Shown here one piece after another: positions 40,598 to 49,192 of a stretch of DNA of 64,000 bases. The stretch's first letter is position 1, and the number at the start of each line of letters is the position of its first letter. The translations under genes were made by a program, and so were the position numbers. The DNA comes from an uncultured delta proteobacterium (GTDB lineage: Bacteria; Desulfobacterota; RBG-13-43-22): assembly GCA_963711835.1 (NCBI GenBank), contig CAVQFQ010000006.1, forward strand, positions 101,213 to 165,212. Direction: 5' to 3'. The notes under the pieces are model-generated. The model did no database searches. It saw nothing but the letters and a program-made list of their open reading frames with translations, and was not told the origin of the DNA.

Positions 40598-40809
40598 AGA
40601 GTCAAATCTTCATTTTGGCAGGTAGTCATAGAGCTTTTATATCGACTGGGAGGGTTACAAGGAGAGGAAGTCGGACGGATCGTGGGGTTAGGATACCCCT
40701 CCATTAGCCAGGAGCGCAAACGGTTCCGGGGGAGGTTAGAAAGGAACCAAAAACTGGGTTTGCTCCCAAAGCAGATTGAATAAAAATGTCACGAATGAAG
40801 ATTTGGCCT
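40598..40809 (+). mobile_element. Remnant of a REP-associated tyrosine transposase (C-terminal HTH) between inverted REP-like ends
   Basis: ELLYRLGGLQGEEVGRIVGLGYPSISQERKR; flanks AGAGTCAAATCTTCA and TGAAGATTTGGCCT. Confidence 0.6.
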
Positions 40810-41116
40810 GAATCCATTTGGGGGATTATTCGGGTTTTTCGGAGGATATTTTTATGAGGATCGGAAGCCATCTGCTGAATTGCTTCCTGTACTGTTGTTT
40901 TTAATGACTCGGCAATTTTGAAAGATTTCAAACGAAAATCATTGCCGCGGTTGTAGGTTATTTAAGCCCCTCCATTCCTCAAATCGAATAAATGTTCCCC
41001 CCGATTATTCGGGCCAATCTCTAATCACTTGACTTTCCCGGTTACCCCTGTTTTAAATGTCCTTCCTATAACTAACTAACTTCCTTAAAGGTTCTCGTTG
41101 GACCGGGAAGGCAGCT

Positions 41117-42955
41117 ATGGGCACGCAGAAACGGAAAACCATCCTTCTCGTAGAAGACGAGGTAGCCATCGCCAGGGACGAAGCGAAGGCCCTTAAGAGA
41201 TATGGGCTCAAGACCATCATTGTTCAAACTGGCGAAAAGGCGATAGAAGCTATTCGAACGTACCCTGAGATAGACCTTGTCCTCATGGGCATCAACCTGG
41301 GAAGTGAAATGGACGGACCCCGGGCCGCCGAAATTATTCTCAAGCAGCGTGAGGTTCCTTTGATTTTTGTATTGTCCCAAACCGAACGCGAAGTCTTGGA
41401 AAAAATTGAGGGCATAACCTCGTACGGCTATTTTGTCAAGAATTCGGGGGAAACGGTCCTCATCGCCGCCGTTAAAATGGCCTTCCAGTTGTTTGAAGCG
41501 CGGATGAAAGAGGGGCAAAAAGAAGGGATGCTACGGATTAATAAGGAGAAACTCCGGTTAGCACAAGTGATTGCAAATATAGGCGACTGGTCATGGGATA
41601 TCGCTTCTGATCGTGCTGAATGGTCTGATCAAGTGTACCAAATATTCAAGGCCCCTCCGGAGGAGCCCTCTTACCAATTCGCGAAGTCCTTCGTGCACCC
41701 CGATGACCTGGATTTATGGCAGAATACTGTCCAGCAGGCCGTTGAAAACCAGGAGCCGTTTTCCCTCGATTACCGGGCCATCCGCTCGGATGGAGAAACC
41801 ATTTGGGTGCATAATGAGACCAAAACCGTATTCAATGAGCAGGGAGGGTTAATCGGCTACCAAGGCACCGTCCAGGATATCACTGAACGAAAGCGGGCGG
41901 AGGAGTCACTGCGAAACACCCAGCAACACCTCAAGAGCATCTTCGATACCGTGCCGGCGCTGATCTGGCAAAAAGATTGGGATGAGAAGTATGTGGCCGT
42001 GAACAAAGCGTTTTGCCAAACCTTTGGATTCTCCGAAGGAGACATTCTCGGAAAAACGGATCATGACCTCTTCCCTCCTGAAGTCGCCGACCAATTCGTC
42101 AGGGATGATCGGAGGATTCTGAGCTCCAGCGTACCCGAATTCGGCATCGAAGAACACTTTCAAAAGGCATCAGGGGAATCCGGCTGGAATCTCACGGATA
42201 AGATGGTGTACCGAGATAAAGACGGCAATATCGCCGGGACGATCGGGTTTGCTTTGGATATCACCGCCCGTAAACAGGCGGAAGAAGCGTTGAAAAAATC
42301 CAAGGAAAAGCTGCGGGCCCTTTCCGCCCGTATCCAGTCGGTACGGGAAGAGGAACGGGAAAACATATCCCGGGAAATTCACGACGACCTGGGTCAACGG
42401 CTGACCGGCCTCAAGATGGACCTGGCCTGGCTCCTCCGCAACCTCAAGCCGGATCAGTCGGAGCTGAAAGAGAAGGCCAAGACCATGAGCCAACTGATCG
42501 ATCAGACCGTAGGGACCATCCGGCGGATTTCCACCGAGCTGCGACCCCGGATCCTGGACGATTTCGGCCTGGTGGCCGCCCTGGAATGGCAGGCCCTGGA
42601 GTTTGCCAATAAAACCGGCATCCCCTGCCATTTCCGGTCGACTGTTCGGAAACTTGACCTGACAGCCGATCTCTCGATAGCCGTTTTTCGTATATTTCAG
42701 GAGGCCTTGACCAACGTAGCCCGCCATTCCCAGGCGACCCGGGTCGAGGCTTCCCTCAAGAAAGACGCCCAAGGCTTGTTCCTGACGATCCGGGACAACG
42801 GCCGGGGGATTTCCGAAAAGGAGATCACGCGCTCCCAGTCACTCGGCCTGGTGGGCATGCGCGAGAGGGCCCTGATCTTTGGAGGCCTGGTAACCATCCA
42901 GGGTAGAAAGGGGAAGGGAACCTCGGTCATCCTGCGTTTGCCCGCTACCAGGTAG
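41117..42955 (+). CDS. Receiver-PAS-PAS histidine kinase (HisKA_3/NarX type)
   Basis: LLVEDE receiver, two PAS/PAC repeats, REIHDDLGQ, QEALTNVARH and DNGRG. Confidence 0.92.
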   Translation: MGTQKRKTILLVEDEVAIARDEAKALKRYGLKTIIVQTGEKAIEAIRTYPEIDLVLMGINLGSEMDGPRAAEIILKQREVPLIFVLSQTEREVLEKIEGITSYGYFVKNSGETVLIAAVKMAFQLFEARMKEGQKEGMLRINKEKLRLAQVIANIGDWSWDIASDRAEWSDQVYQIFKAPPEEPSYQFAKSFVHPDDLDLWQNTVQQAVENQEPFSLDYRAIRSDGETIWVHNETKTVFNEQGGLIGYQGTVQDITERKRAEESLRNTQQHLKSIFDTVPALIWQKDWDEKYVAVNKAFCQTFGFSEGDILGKTDHDLFPPEVADQFVRDDRRILSSSVPEFGIEEHFQKASGESGWNLTDKMVYRDKDGNIAGTIGFALDITARKQAEEALKKSKEKLRALSARIQSVREEERENISREIHDDLGQRLTGLKMDLAWLLRNLKPDQSELKEKAKTMSQLIDQTVGTIRRISTELRPRILDDFGLVAALEWQALEFANKTGIPCHFRSTVRKLDLTADLSIAVFRIFQEALTNVARHSQATRVEASLKKDAQGLFLTIRDNGRGISEKEITRSQSLGLVGMRERALIFGGLVTIQGRKGKGTSVILRLPATR

Positions 42956-43268
42956 TAACTGACCAAGTCCCTTATTGGATCATGCGACTCCTCAATTTTT
43001 AAGCCCCCACCTTAAAAGTCCTTTTGATGCACTCGGACAATTCCAAGCAAGGGGCAATTTCCCAAGTATATTAGGTAGATTCTCCCTGTAATGTTGTTTT
43101 TGAATTTTAGGCTATTTTGCCAGATTTCTAATAGCAATCGTTAAAATGCGGGGTTGTCATTTTAAAGGAGTAGTAGGTGGAAGCAACTTTAACGATAGGT
43201 AGCGACACTATCAGTCAGTTCAGATAATCTTCGGGACAATTTATATTGAGGCAAGGGGTCAACTCTTC

Positions 43269-43286
43269 ATCGAGAAGATAGGTCAT
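43269..43286 (-). pseudogene. First six codons of a probable vapC toxin (MTYLLD)
   Basis: TGATG overlap with the antitoxin stop; PIN-like start, then an abrupt junction. Confidence 0.5.
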
Positions 43287-43513
43287 CAGGGTGTTTCGTG
43301 CCGCAGGCGGTTGACGAGTTCGAGTGTTGCTACACCAGCCTTCGGTTGGACAGGAAACAGCGGCAGACCAGCCTTTGTAGATACAGAAGCCTGTCGGGTC
43401 AGTGCCTGCCTGGCCAGATCCGACAGCACCCGGCCAACAGTGCTGGACCGTTTTCTGGCCAGCTCCTTGGCGGCGAATAGAACATCGTCTTCAAGGTCAA
43501 CGGTGGTGCGCAT
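43286..43513 (-). CDS. VapB/CopG-like ribbon-helix-helix antitoxin
   Basis: MRTTVDLEDDVLFAAKELAR...GRVLSDLARQAL...TLELVNRLR; GAGG RBS before ATG 43513. Confidence 0.8.
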   Translation of the reverse strand: MRTTVDLEDDVLFAAKELARKRSSTVGRVLSDLARQALTRQASVSTKAGLPLFPVQPKAGVATLELVNRLRHETP

Positions 43514-43646
43514 ATTGTCCTCACAACGAGTTGGAATTATTTTTTGCATCTGATGCATGATGATAACGCATCATAACACGGGTGGTCAAGTGGGAAAAAA
43601 GGCACGTAGTTACTGAGTGGACTAATTGGTAGAAAGGAGATACGAG

Positions 43647-44792
43647 TTACAGACCCAATAAATTCCCGATGATCTCCTTCTGGATCTCCGAGGTGCCGCC
43701 GCCGATGGGCATGATGCGCAGGTCCCGCCAGATCCGCTGTACCTCGTATTCCATCATATAGCCGTAGCCGCCGTGGATCTGGATGCAGATGTCCGCCACC
43801 CTGACGGCCATCTCGCAGGCCAGGACCTTAGCCATAGCCACCTCCTTGCGGCATTCCCGACCCTGTATGAATAACCGGAGGGCATGGTAGCTCAATTGCC
43901 TGGCGGCCTCGATCTCGATGAGCATTTCAGCAAACTTGTGCCGGGTGACCTGGAAGGAGCCGATGGGCCTGCCGAAGGCCTGCCGTTTTTTGGCATAGTC
44001 CAGGGTCAGATCAAAGCAATGCTGGGCCATGGCTACGGCCCCGACAGCCATGGACAGGCGTTCGGTCTGGAAGCCGTCCATGATTTGATAAAAACCTTTG
44101 TTTTCCTCTCCCAAAAGATTCCCCAGGGGAACCCGGACCTCTTCAAAAACCAGTTCGCCGGTATCCGATGTGCGCCAGCCCAGTTTGTCCAGCTTTCGGG
44201 CGACCTGAAAACCAGGCGTCCCTTTCTCGACAATGATCTGGGAGATCCCTTTATGTCCCTGACCCGGTTCCGTTTTGCAGGCGACGATATAAAAGTCAGC
44301 CCGGACCCCATTGGTGATAAAGGTCTTGGTTCCGTTGATCACCCAATAATCGCCCTCCCGGACCGCCCTGGTCCGGATGCCCCCCACGTCGGAGCCGGCA
44401 TCCGGTTCCGTGACGGCATAAGCCCCGATCTTCTCTCCCCTGATGCCCGGAGCCAGAAAACGCTCCTTTTGGTCGGGAGATCCGAAACCGGCAATGGCCG
44501 GCAAGGCCACATACTGGTGCAGCCCTAATCCGGCCCTTACCCCCCCTGAGCCGCAATAGGCCAGTTCCTCGGAAAAAATGACCTGGTAGCGAAAATCGCC
44601 CCCGGCGCCTCCGTAGGCCTCCGGGTAGCCGCCGGCCAGGAATCCCAACTCACCGGCCCGGCGATAGAGTTCCAGGGGAAAGGCTTCCTGTCTTTCCCAT
44701 TCCTCGGCCTGGGGGCGAAGTTCCTTGGCCACCCAGCGCGACAACTGGCTGCGAAAAATCCGGTGTTCTTCCTCAAAAAGCCAATCTTCCAT
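43647..44792 (-). CDS. Acyl-CoA dehydrogenase
   Basis: TEPDAGSD, GTKTFITNG, QIHGGYGY and IGGGTSEIQK. Confidence 0.95.
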   Translation of the reverse strand: MEDWLFEEEHRIFRSQLSRWVAKELRPQAEEWERQEAFPLELYRRAGELGFLAGGYPEAYGGAGGDFRYQVIFSEELAYCGSGGVRAGLGLHQYVALPAIAGFGSPDQKERFLAPGIRGEKIGAYAVTEPDAGSDVGGIRTRAVREGDYWVINGTKTFITNGVRADFYIVACKTEPGQGHKGISQIIVEKGTPGFQVARKLDKLGWRTSDTGELVFEEVRVPLGNLLGEENKGFYQIMDGFQTERLSMAVGAVAMAQHCFDLTLDYAKKRQAFGRPIGSFQVTRHKFAEMLIEIEAARQLSYHALRLFIQGRECRKEVAMAKVLACEMAVRVADICIQIHGGYGYMMEYEVQRIWRDLRIMPIGGGTSEIQKEIIGNLLGL

Positions 44793-44812
44793 TTAGGTCC
44801 CTCATTTTTTTT

Positions 44813-44977
44813 GCCACAGACAAAGGCCGGACAAGGTGGCGGCGACCTGCCGCCACCCAAATCGCCAGCGCCTTTGGCGCCTATACAGTTTTTCTTCGCG
44901 AAGCGATGGCCTATTTTGCCTGTTCATGTCGAACAGGCAAAAATAATCGTCCGCCTTTGTTCGTGTGGGTCGGTGGC
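44813..44977. repeat. Nested palindromic cassette containing a terminator-like hairpin
   Basis: Outer ACAAAGGCCGGAC / GTCCGCCTTTGT; 9-bp stem 44835-44857; 12-bp stem TTTTGCCTGTTC / GAACAGGCAAAA. Confidence 0.6.
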
Positions 44978-44995
44978 TATAACAATTTTCTGCTT

Positions 44996-46525
44996 TTATG
45001 ATTTCTCCCAGCGCTCCCGCAGCACCCTTTTCAATACCTTTCCTGCCGGGGAACGGGGCAACTGGTCCACAAATTCGACGGACTTGGGTTTTTTAAAGCT
45101 GGCGATATGGGCTTTGCAGTAATCGATAACTTCGGCCTCGATCATGGGGTCCCCTTTTTTGAGAACCACGACGGCATGGATCTTTTCTCCCCACTGGGAA
45201 TCAGGCAGGCCGATTACAGCCGCTTCCAAAATCTTGGGATGGGCATAGAGGACTTCCTCGATTTCACGGGGGTAGACATTCTCCCCCCCGGTGATGATCA
45301 TATCCTTCTTCCGGTCCACGATATAAAGAAATCCTTCCTCATCCAGTCTTCCCAGGTCTCCGGTATGCAGCCAACCTCTCTTGAGGGTCCTGGCGGTGGC
45401 CTCCGGATCCTTATAGTAGCCGACCATGATGTTCGGCCCGCGAGCCAATACTTCACCTACTTGCCCGACCGGAACCTCCCGGTCCTCATTGTCCACCAGG
45501 CGGGTTTCAACATTGACGAAGGGTTTGCCGACCGAGGCCATTTTTCGCAGCACGTGATGGGGATTCAAGGTGGTGATGGTCGCCGCCGATTCGGTCATGC
45601 CGTAAGATTCTCCCAGAGCGGCGTTGGGGAAAACCTGCAATAATTTTTTCTTGGTTTCCAGGGGCATGGATTCGGCCCCGGAAGACAGGGAGCGCACCGA
45701 GGTGGTGTCGTACTGCCCCAGATTGGGAAGTTGCAGAATAAAGTTCCAGACCGTGGGCGGAAAGGTCATACGGTTGATCTTTTCTTTTTCGATCCATTCC
45801 ATAACCTTTTGGGGGTCGAAGGTCTTCATCATGACGTTGGTGCAGCCGACAAAAAGATTCCCGATAAGGATGATAAAGGCCGCGGCATGGTAGAGGGGGA
45901 AGACCATCAAGACCCGGTACTCCGGATTGATATCCACATCGCAGGCCATGTTCACCGCGGCCCAGATGCAATTCCGGTGGGAAAGCAGCACGCCCTTGGG
46001 TTTCCCGGTTGTCCCAGCCGTATAAAGAATGGCCGCCAAATCGTTTTCTTCGATTTCGACCGGAGGGGCCTCGGCGGATTCGAACCGCCAGATCTCCTCC
46101 AGAGGGATCATATCCGCCCCGGCTTCCCCGCCGCTCTTAAAAAATCGCTTGATCCGGGTCAGATCGCTCTTTATTTCCCGAATCGGGGATTCGAATTCCT
46201 GTGAAAGGATCAAAAATGAGGCCTCGGAATGATCGATGATATAGTGCAGTTCGCGGGGGGAAAAGCGGACATTCAAGGGGACAATCACGGCCCCCAGCTT
46301 CATCAGGGCCAGGTAGGTTTCCAGGACCTCATGGCCGTTTAAAAAAATGGTGGCCACCTGATCCCCCTTTCGGATACCCTGTTTCCAGAGGGCCGCAGCC
46401 CTTTTATTGGAGTTGGTTTCCCAAAGGGCGTAGGTCCAGCGGCCTTTTTCCGAAACGACCGCCTCCCGAAGAGGATTTTTAAAGGCCGCCCTTTTTAAAA
46501 GATAAGGAATGGTCATAGGAATCAT
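44996..46525 (-). CDS. Long-chain fatty acid-CoA ligase family
   Basis: YTAGTTGKPKG, YGMTE, TGDLG and TGGENVYP. Confidence 0.93.
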   Translation of the reverse strand: MIPMTIPYLLKRAAFKNPLREAVVSEKGRWTYALWETNSNKRAAALWKQGIRKGDQVATIFLNGHEVLETYLALMKLGAVIVPLNVRFSPRELHYIIDHSEASFLILSQEFESPIREIKSDLTRIKRFFKSGGEAGADMIPLEEIWRFESAEAPPVEIEENDLAAILYTAGTTGKPKGVLLSHRNCIWAAVNMACDVDINPEYRVLMVFPLYHAAAFIILIGNLFVGCTNVMMKTFDPQKVMEWIEKEKINRMTFPPTVWNFILQLPNLGQYDTTSVRSLSSGAESMPLETKKKLLQVFPNAALGESYGMTESAATITTLNPHHVLRKMASVGKPFVNVETRLVDNEDREVPVGQVGEVLARGPNIMVGYYKDPEATARTLKRGWLHTGDLGRLDEEGFLYIVDRKKDMIITGGENVYPREIEEVLYAHPKILEAAVIGLPDSQWGEKIHAVVVLKKGDPMIEAEVIDYCKAHIASFKKPKSVEFVDQLPRSPAGKVLKRVLRERWEKS

Positions 46526-46666
46526 CGTTTCCCTCCCATGCGTGGGATCCGGCCCGGTCCGGGGTCAGGATCTAAAAGGGGATGGTCGGACTAAAGAAAT
46601 AATGGTCGGGGGTTCTTTTCCCGTTGACGGGTCCTCTTTAATTGGCTATGATTGATATTATATCTG

Positions 46667-46680
46667 ATTAAATATTTAAT
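46667..46680. promoter_or_regulatory. Palindromic operator candidate in the divergent promoter region
   Basis: Perfect 14-bp palindrome ATTAAATATTTAAT. Confidence 0.35.
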
Positions 46681-46818
46681 TAACACAAACCGGGAAAAAA
46701 GGTCAAGCGTTTTTCCCTCCCGCCTCTCCTTCTTTTCGCCCGCTGAGCGGACGGGAAAGGGAAAAAACCGTTGGAGCGGTATTTTAAAATTCGGATAAGA
46801 TAAGGGCCTAAAGGTCAT

Positions 46819-47526
46819 ATGGAAACAGATCCTGTCCGTCAGCTTATCGAATCAGCCCTCCTGGAAGGACGCCTCAGCCTTTCCGAATATGAATCCAAAC
46901 AAATTCTCTCCCATTACCGGATACCGGTCACCCGGGAAAGGCCGGCCTTGGATTTGGAAGGCTTATCAAAGGCCGCCGAAGAAATCGGCTACCCCCTGGT
47001 TTTGAAAGGCTGCTCGGCCGGCATTTCCCATAAAACGGAGAAGGATTTAATTCGCCTGGATATCCGGAATGAGGCAGAAGCCCTAAGGGCCTTTGAAGAA
47101 ATCCAAGCGAAGATGGAAGGCCGCCCCAAGGCCGTTTTAGTCCAGGAGATGGTCAAGGGAAAACGTGAATTCCTGGCCGGCCTGACGCGGGATCCCCAGT
47201 TCGGTCCCTGCGTCCTCTTCGGATTGGGAGGGATTTTTACCGAGGCCCTTGAGGATGTCACTTTTCGCATTGCCCCTTTCACAAAAAGCGACGCCCTGGA
47301 AATGATCCAAGAAATCAAAGCCCAAAGACTTCTGGAAGCCTTTCGGGGGATGGAAGCGGTGGATAAAGAGCAATTGGTCGACCTGTTGCTTCAGGTCGGG
47401 CGGATCGGGCTGGAGCAGGAAAAAATCAAAGAGGTCGATATCAACCCGCTTATTATTTCCCGGGGAAGGCCTGTGGCGGTCGATGCCTTGATTGTCCTGG
47501 AAGAGAAGAAGTCCGGTAAAGGATAG
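46819..47526 (+). CDS. ADP-forming acyl-CoA synthetase, beta (ATP-grasp) subunit
   Basis: LSEYESK, GYPLVLK, HKTE, DPQFGP, GLGGIFTE and DINPL. Confidence 0.9.
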   Translation: METDPVRQLIESALLEGRLSLSEYESKQILSHYRIPVTRERPALDLEGLSKAAEEIGYPLVLKGCSAGISHKTEKDLIRLDIRNEAEALRAFEEIQAKMEGRPKAVLVQEMVKGKREFLAGLTRDPQFGPCVLFGLGGIFTEALEDVTFRIAPFTKSDALEMIQEIKAQRLLEAFRGMEAVDKEQLVDLLLQVGRIGLEQEKIKEVDINPLIISRGRPVAVDALIVLEEKKSGKG

Positions 47527-47539
47527 GTTCTCAAGCAAA

Positions 47540-48979
47540 TTGGAGCGATCCTATTTCGATTCTTTTTTTAACCCCAGGGGAATTGCCCTCGTAGGCGCTT
47601 CGTCCCATCCCAATAAATGGGGTTTCCGGGTTCTGGCCAACATCCTGGCCGGAGGTTTCCAGGGACCGATTTACCCGGTCAACCCCAAGGGGGGCACTCT
47701 GCTCGGCTTAACAATGGTCCCTTCGCTGCAAGCGGTTCCCGATTCGGCGGATCTGGCCGTCATAACTATTCCGGCCCGCCAAGTAGCTCAGTCCCTTCAG
47801 GAATTGGCGGAAAAAGGGATCCGCTCGGTCATCATCATCAGCTCCGGCTTCTCGGAGACCGGACCGGAAGGGCAGGCCCTGGAAAAAGAAGTGATCCGGT
47901 TGGCCCGCGAGAAAGGCCTGCGCTGTATAGGCCCCAATACCATGGGCATTTTCAGCGCCTCCTGCCGATTGCACGCCCTGATGCCGCCCCTCCAGCCTCT
48001 GACGGGCGCTATTTCCTATGTCTCTCAGAGCGGCAACTTGGGCGTTCAGATGCTGGGCTGGGGGATAGAGCGGGGGGTGGGATTCTCCAAATTCGTCTCC
48101 AGCGGCAACGAAGGAGACCTTCAATGCGAGGATTATATCGAGTATTTTTCCGCTGATCCGGAGACCAAGGTCATCCTGGCCTATATCGAGGGACTGGAGA
48201 ACGGCCGCCGTTTTTTGGATATGGCCCAAAAAGCCACCCGGGAAAAACCCTTTATTATTTTTAAGGGAGGGCGAACCGATGAAGGCGGCCGGGCCGCCCG
48301 ATCCCATTCCGGTGCCCTGGCGGGCCGCTACGGTCTTTACAGCGCCGCTTTTCGCCAGGCCGGGATTGTCGAGGCCGAGACCTCCGACAGCCTGCTCGAT
48401 TATGCCGCGGCCTTTGTTCACTATCCCCTGCCCAAAGGAAACCGGATCTGTATCATAACCCGAGGCGGAGGATGGGGAGTGGTCGGAGCCGACGCCTGCC
48501 GAGAGTGGGGTCTGGAACTGCCCCCCTTATCGGAGGAGCTGATCCGGCGCCTCAATCAGGTCCTGCCCTCCTACTGGAGTCACGGCAATCCCATCGACAT
48601 GGCCGCCACCTTAAGTCCGGAGGCCTTCCCGGTCTGCCTGGAAGCTCTAATTCAGGAAGAAGGAGTGGACGGGATTATTGCCTTGGGGGTGGAGTTCGGC
48701 AAAAGAAATTCCATGCTGGAGGAACGCTTGAAAAAGCTAAATCTCTCTGAAAAAGTTGATCTGGAAGGCTATCCGGATGAGCTCAGGGATATTCAGCTCA
48801 CAATAGAGTTGATGAAACATTATCGAAAACCGGTAATTATGGTCAGCGGCGTCAGCAGCTCCACAAAAGCCGTTGCCCTTAAAGACGACAACACGGTTAT
48901 GTTTTCAACCCCCGAAAGGGCGGCCCGGGCTATGGCCAAGCTTTGGGAATACAGCCGCTATCTGCAAAAAATTAATTGA
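47540..48979 (+). CDS. ADP-forming acyl-CoA synthetase, alpha (CoA-binding) subunit; start uncertain
   Basis: IALVGAS, YPVNPK, GPNTMG, SQSG, SHSGALAG and NPIDM. Confidence 0.88.
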   Translation: MERSYFDSFFNPRGIALVGASSHPNKWGFRVLANILAGGFQGPIYPVNPKGGTLLGLTMVPSLQAVPDSADLAVITIPARQVAQSLQELAEKGIRSVIIISSGFSETGPEGQALEKEVIRLAREKGLRCIGPNTMGIFSASCRLHALMPPLQPLTGAISYVSQSGNLGVQMLGWGIERGVGFSKFVSSGNEGDLQCEDYIEYFSADPETKVILAYIEGLENGRRFLDMAQKATREKPFIIFKGGRTDEGGRAARSHSGALAGRYGLYSAAFRQAGIVEAETSDSLLDYAAAFVHYPLPKGNRICIITRGGGWGVVGADACREWGLELPPLSEELIRRLNQVLPSYWSHGNPIDMAATLSPEAFPVCLEALIQEEGVDGIIALGVEFGKRNSMLEERLKKLNLSEKVDLEGYPDELRDIQLTIELMKHYRKPVIMVSGVSSSTKAVALKDDNTVMFSTPERAARAMAKLWEYSRYLQKIN

Positions 48980-49026
48980 TCTGTCAAGACCATGATCCCG
49001 TACCTTGGCCAGAATATCAAATGGTG

Positions 49027-49175
49027 AAAGCACGAAATTCGAATCTCGAAATCCGAAACAAATCCAAATGACCAAATATCGAAACTCAAAACCTTTTTAA
49101 GAACCGTTTGTTTTGATAATTTGAATTTTGAACCTTCATACCTGTTTCGGATTTCGTGCTTCGGGTTTCAGATTT
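49027..49175. repeat. Heptamer-based palindromic element (CGAAATC units)
   Basis: AAGCACGAAATTCGAATCTCGAAATCCGAAACA...TGTTTCGGATTTCGTGCTTCGGGTTTCAGATTT. Confidence 0.7.
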
Positions 49176-49192
49176 ATTAAAAGGAGGATAGT

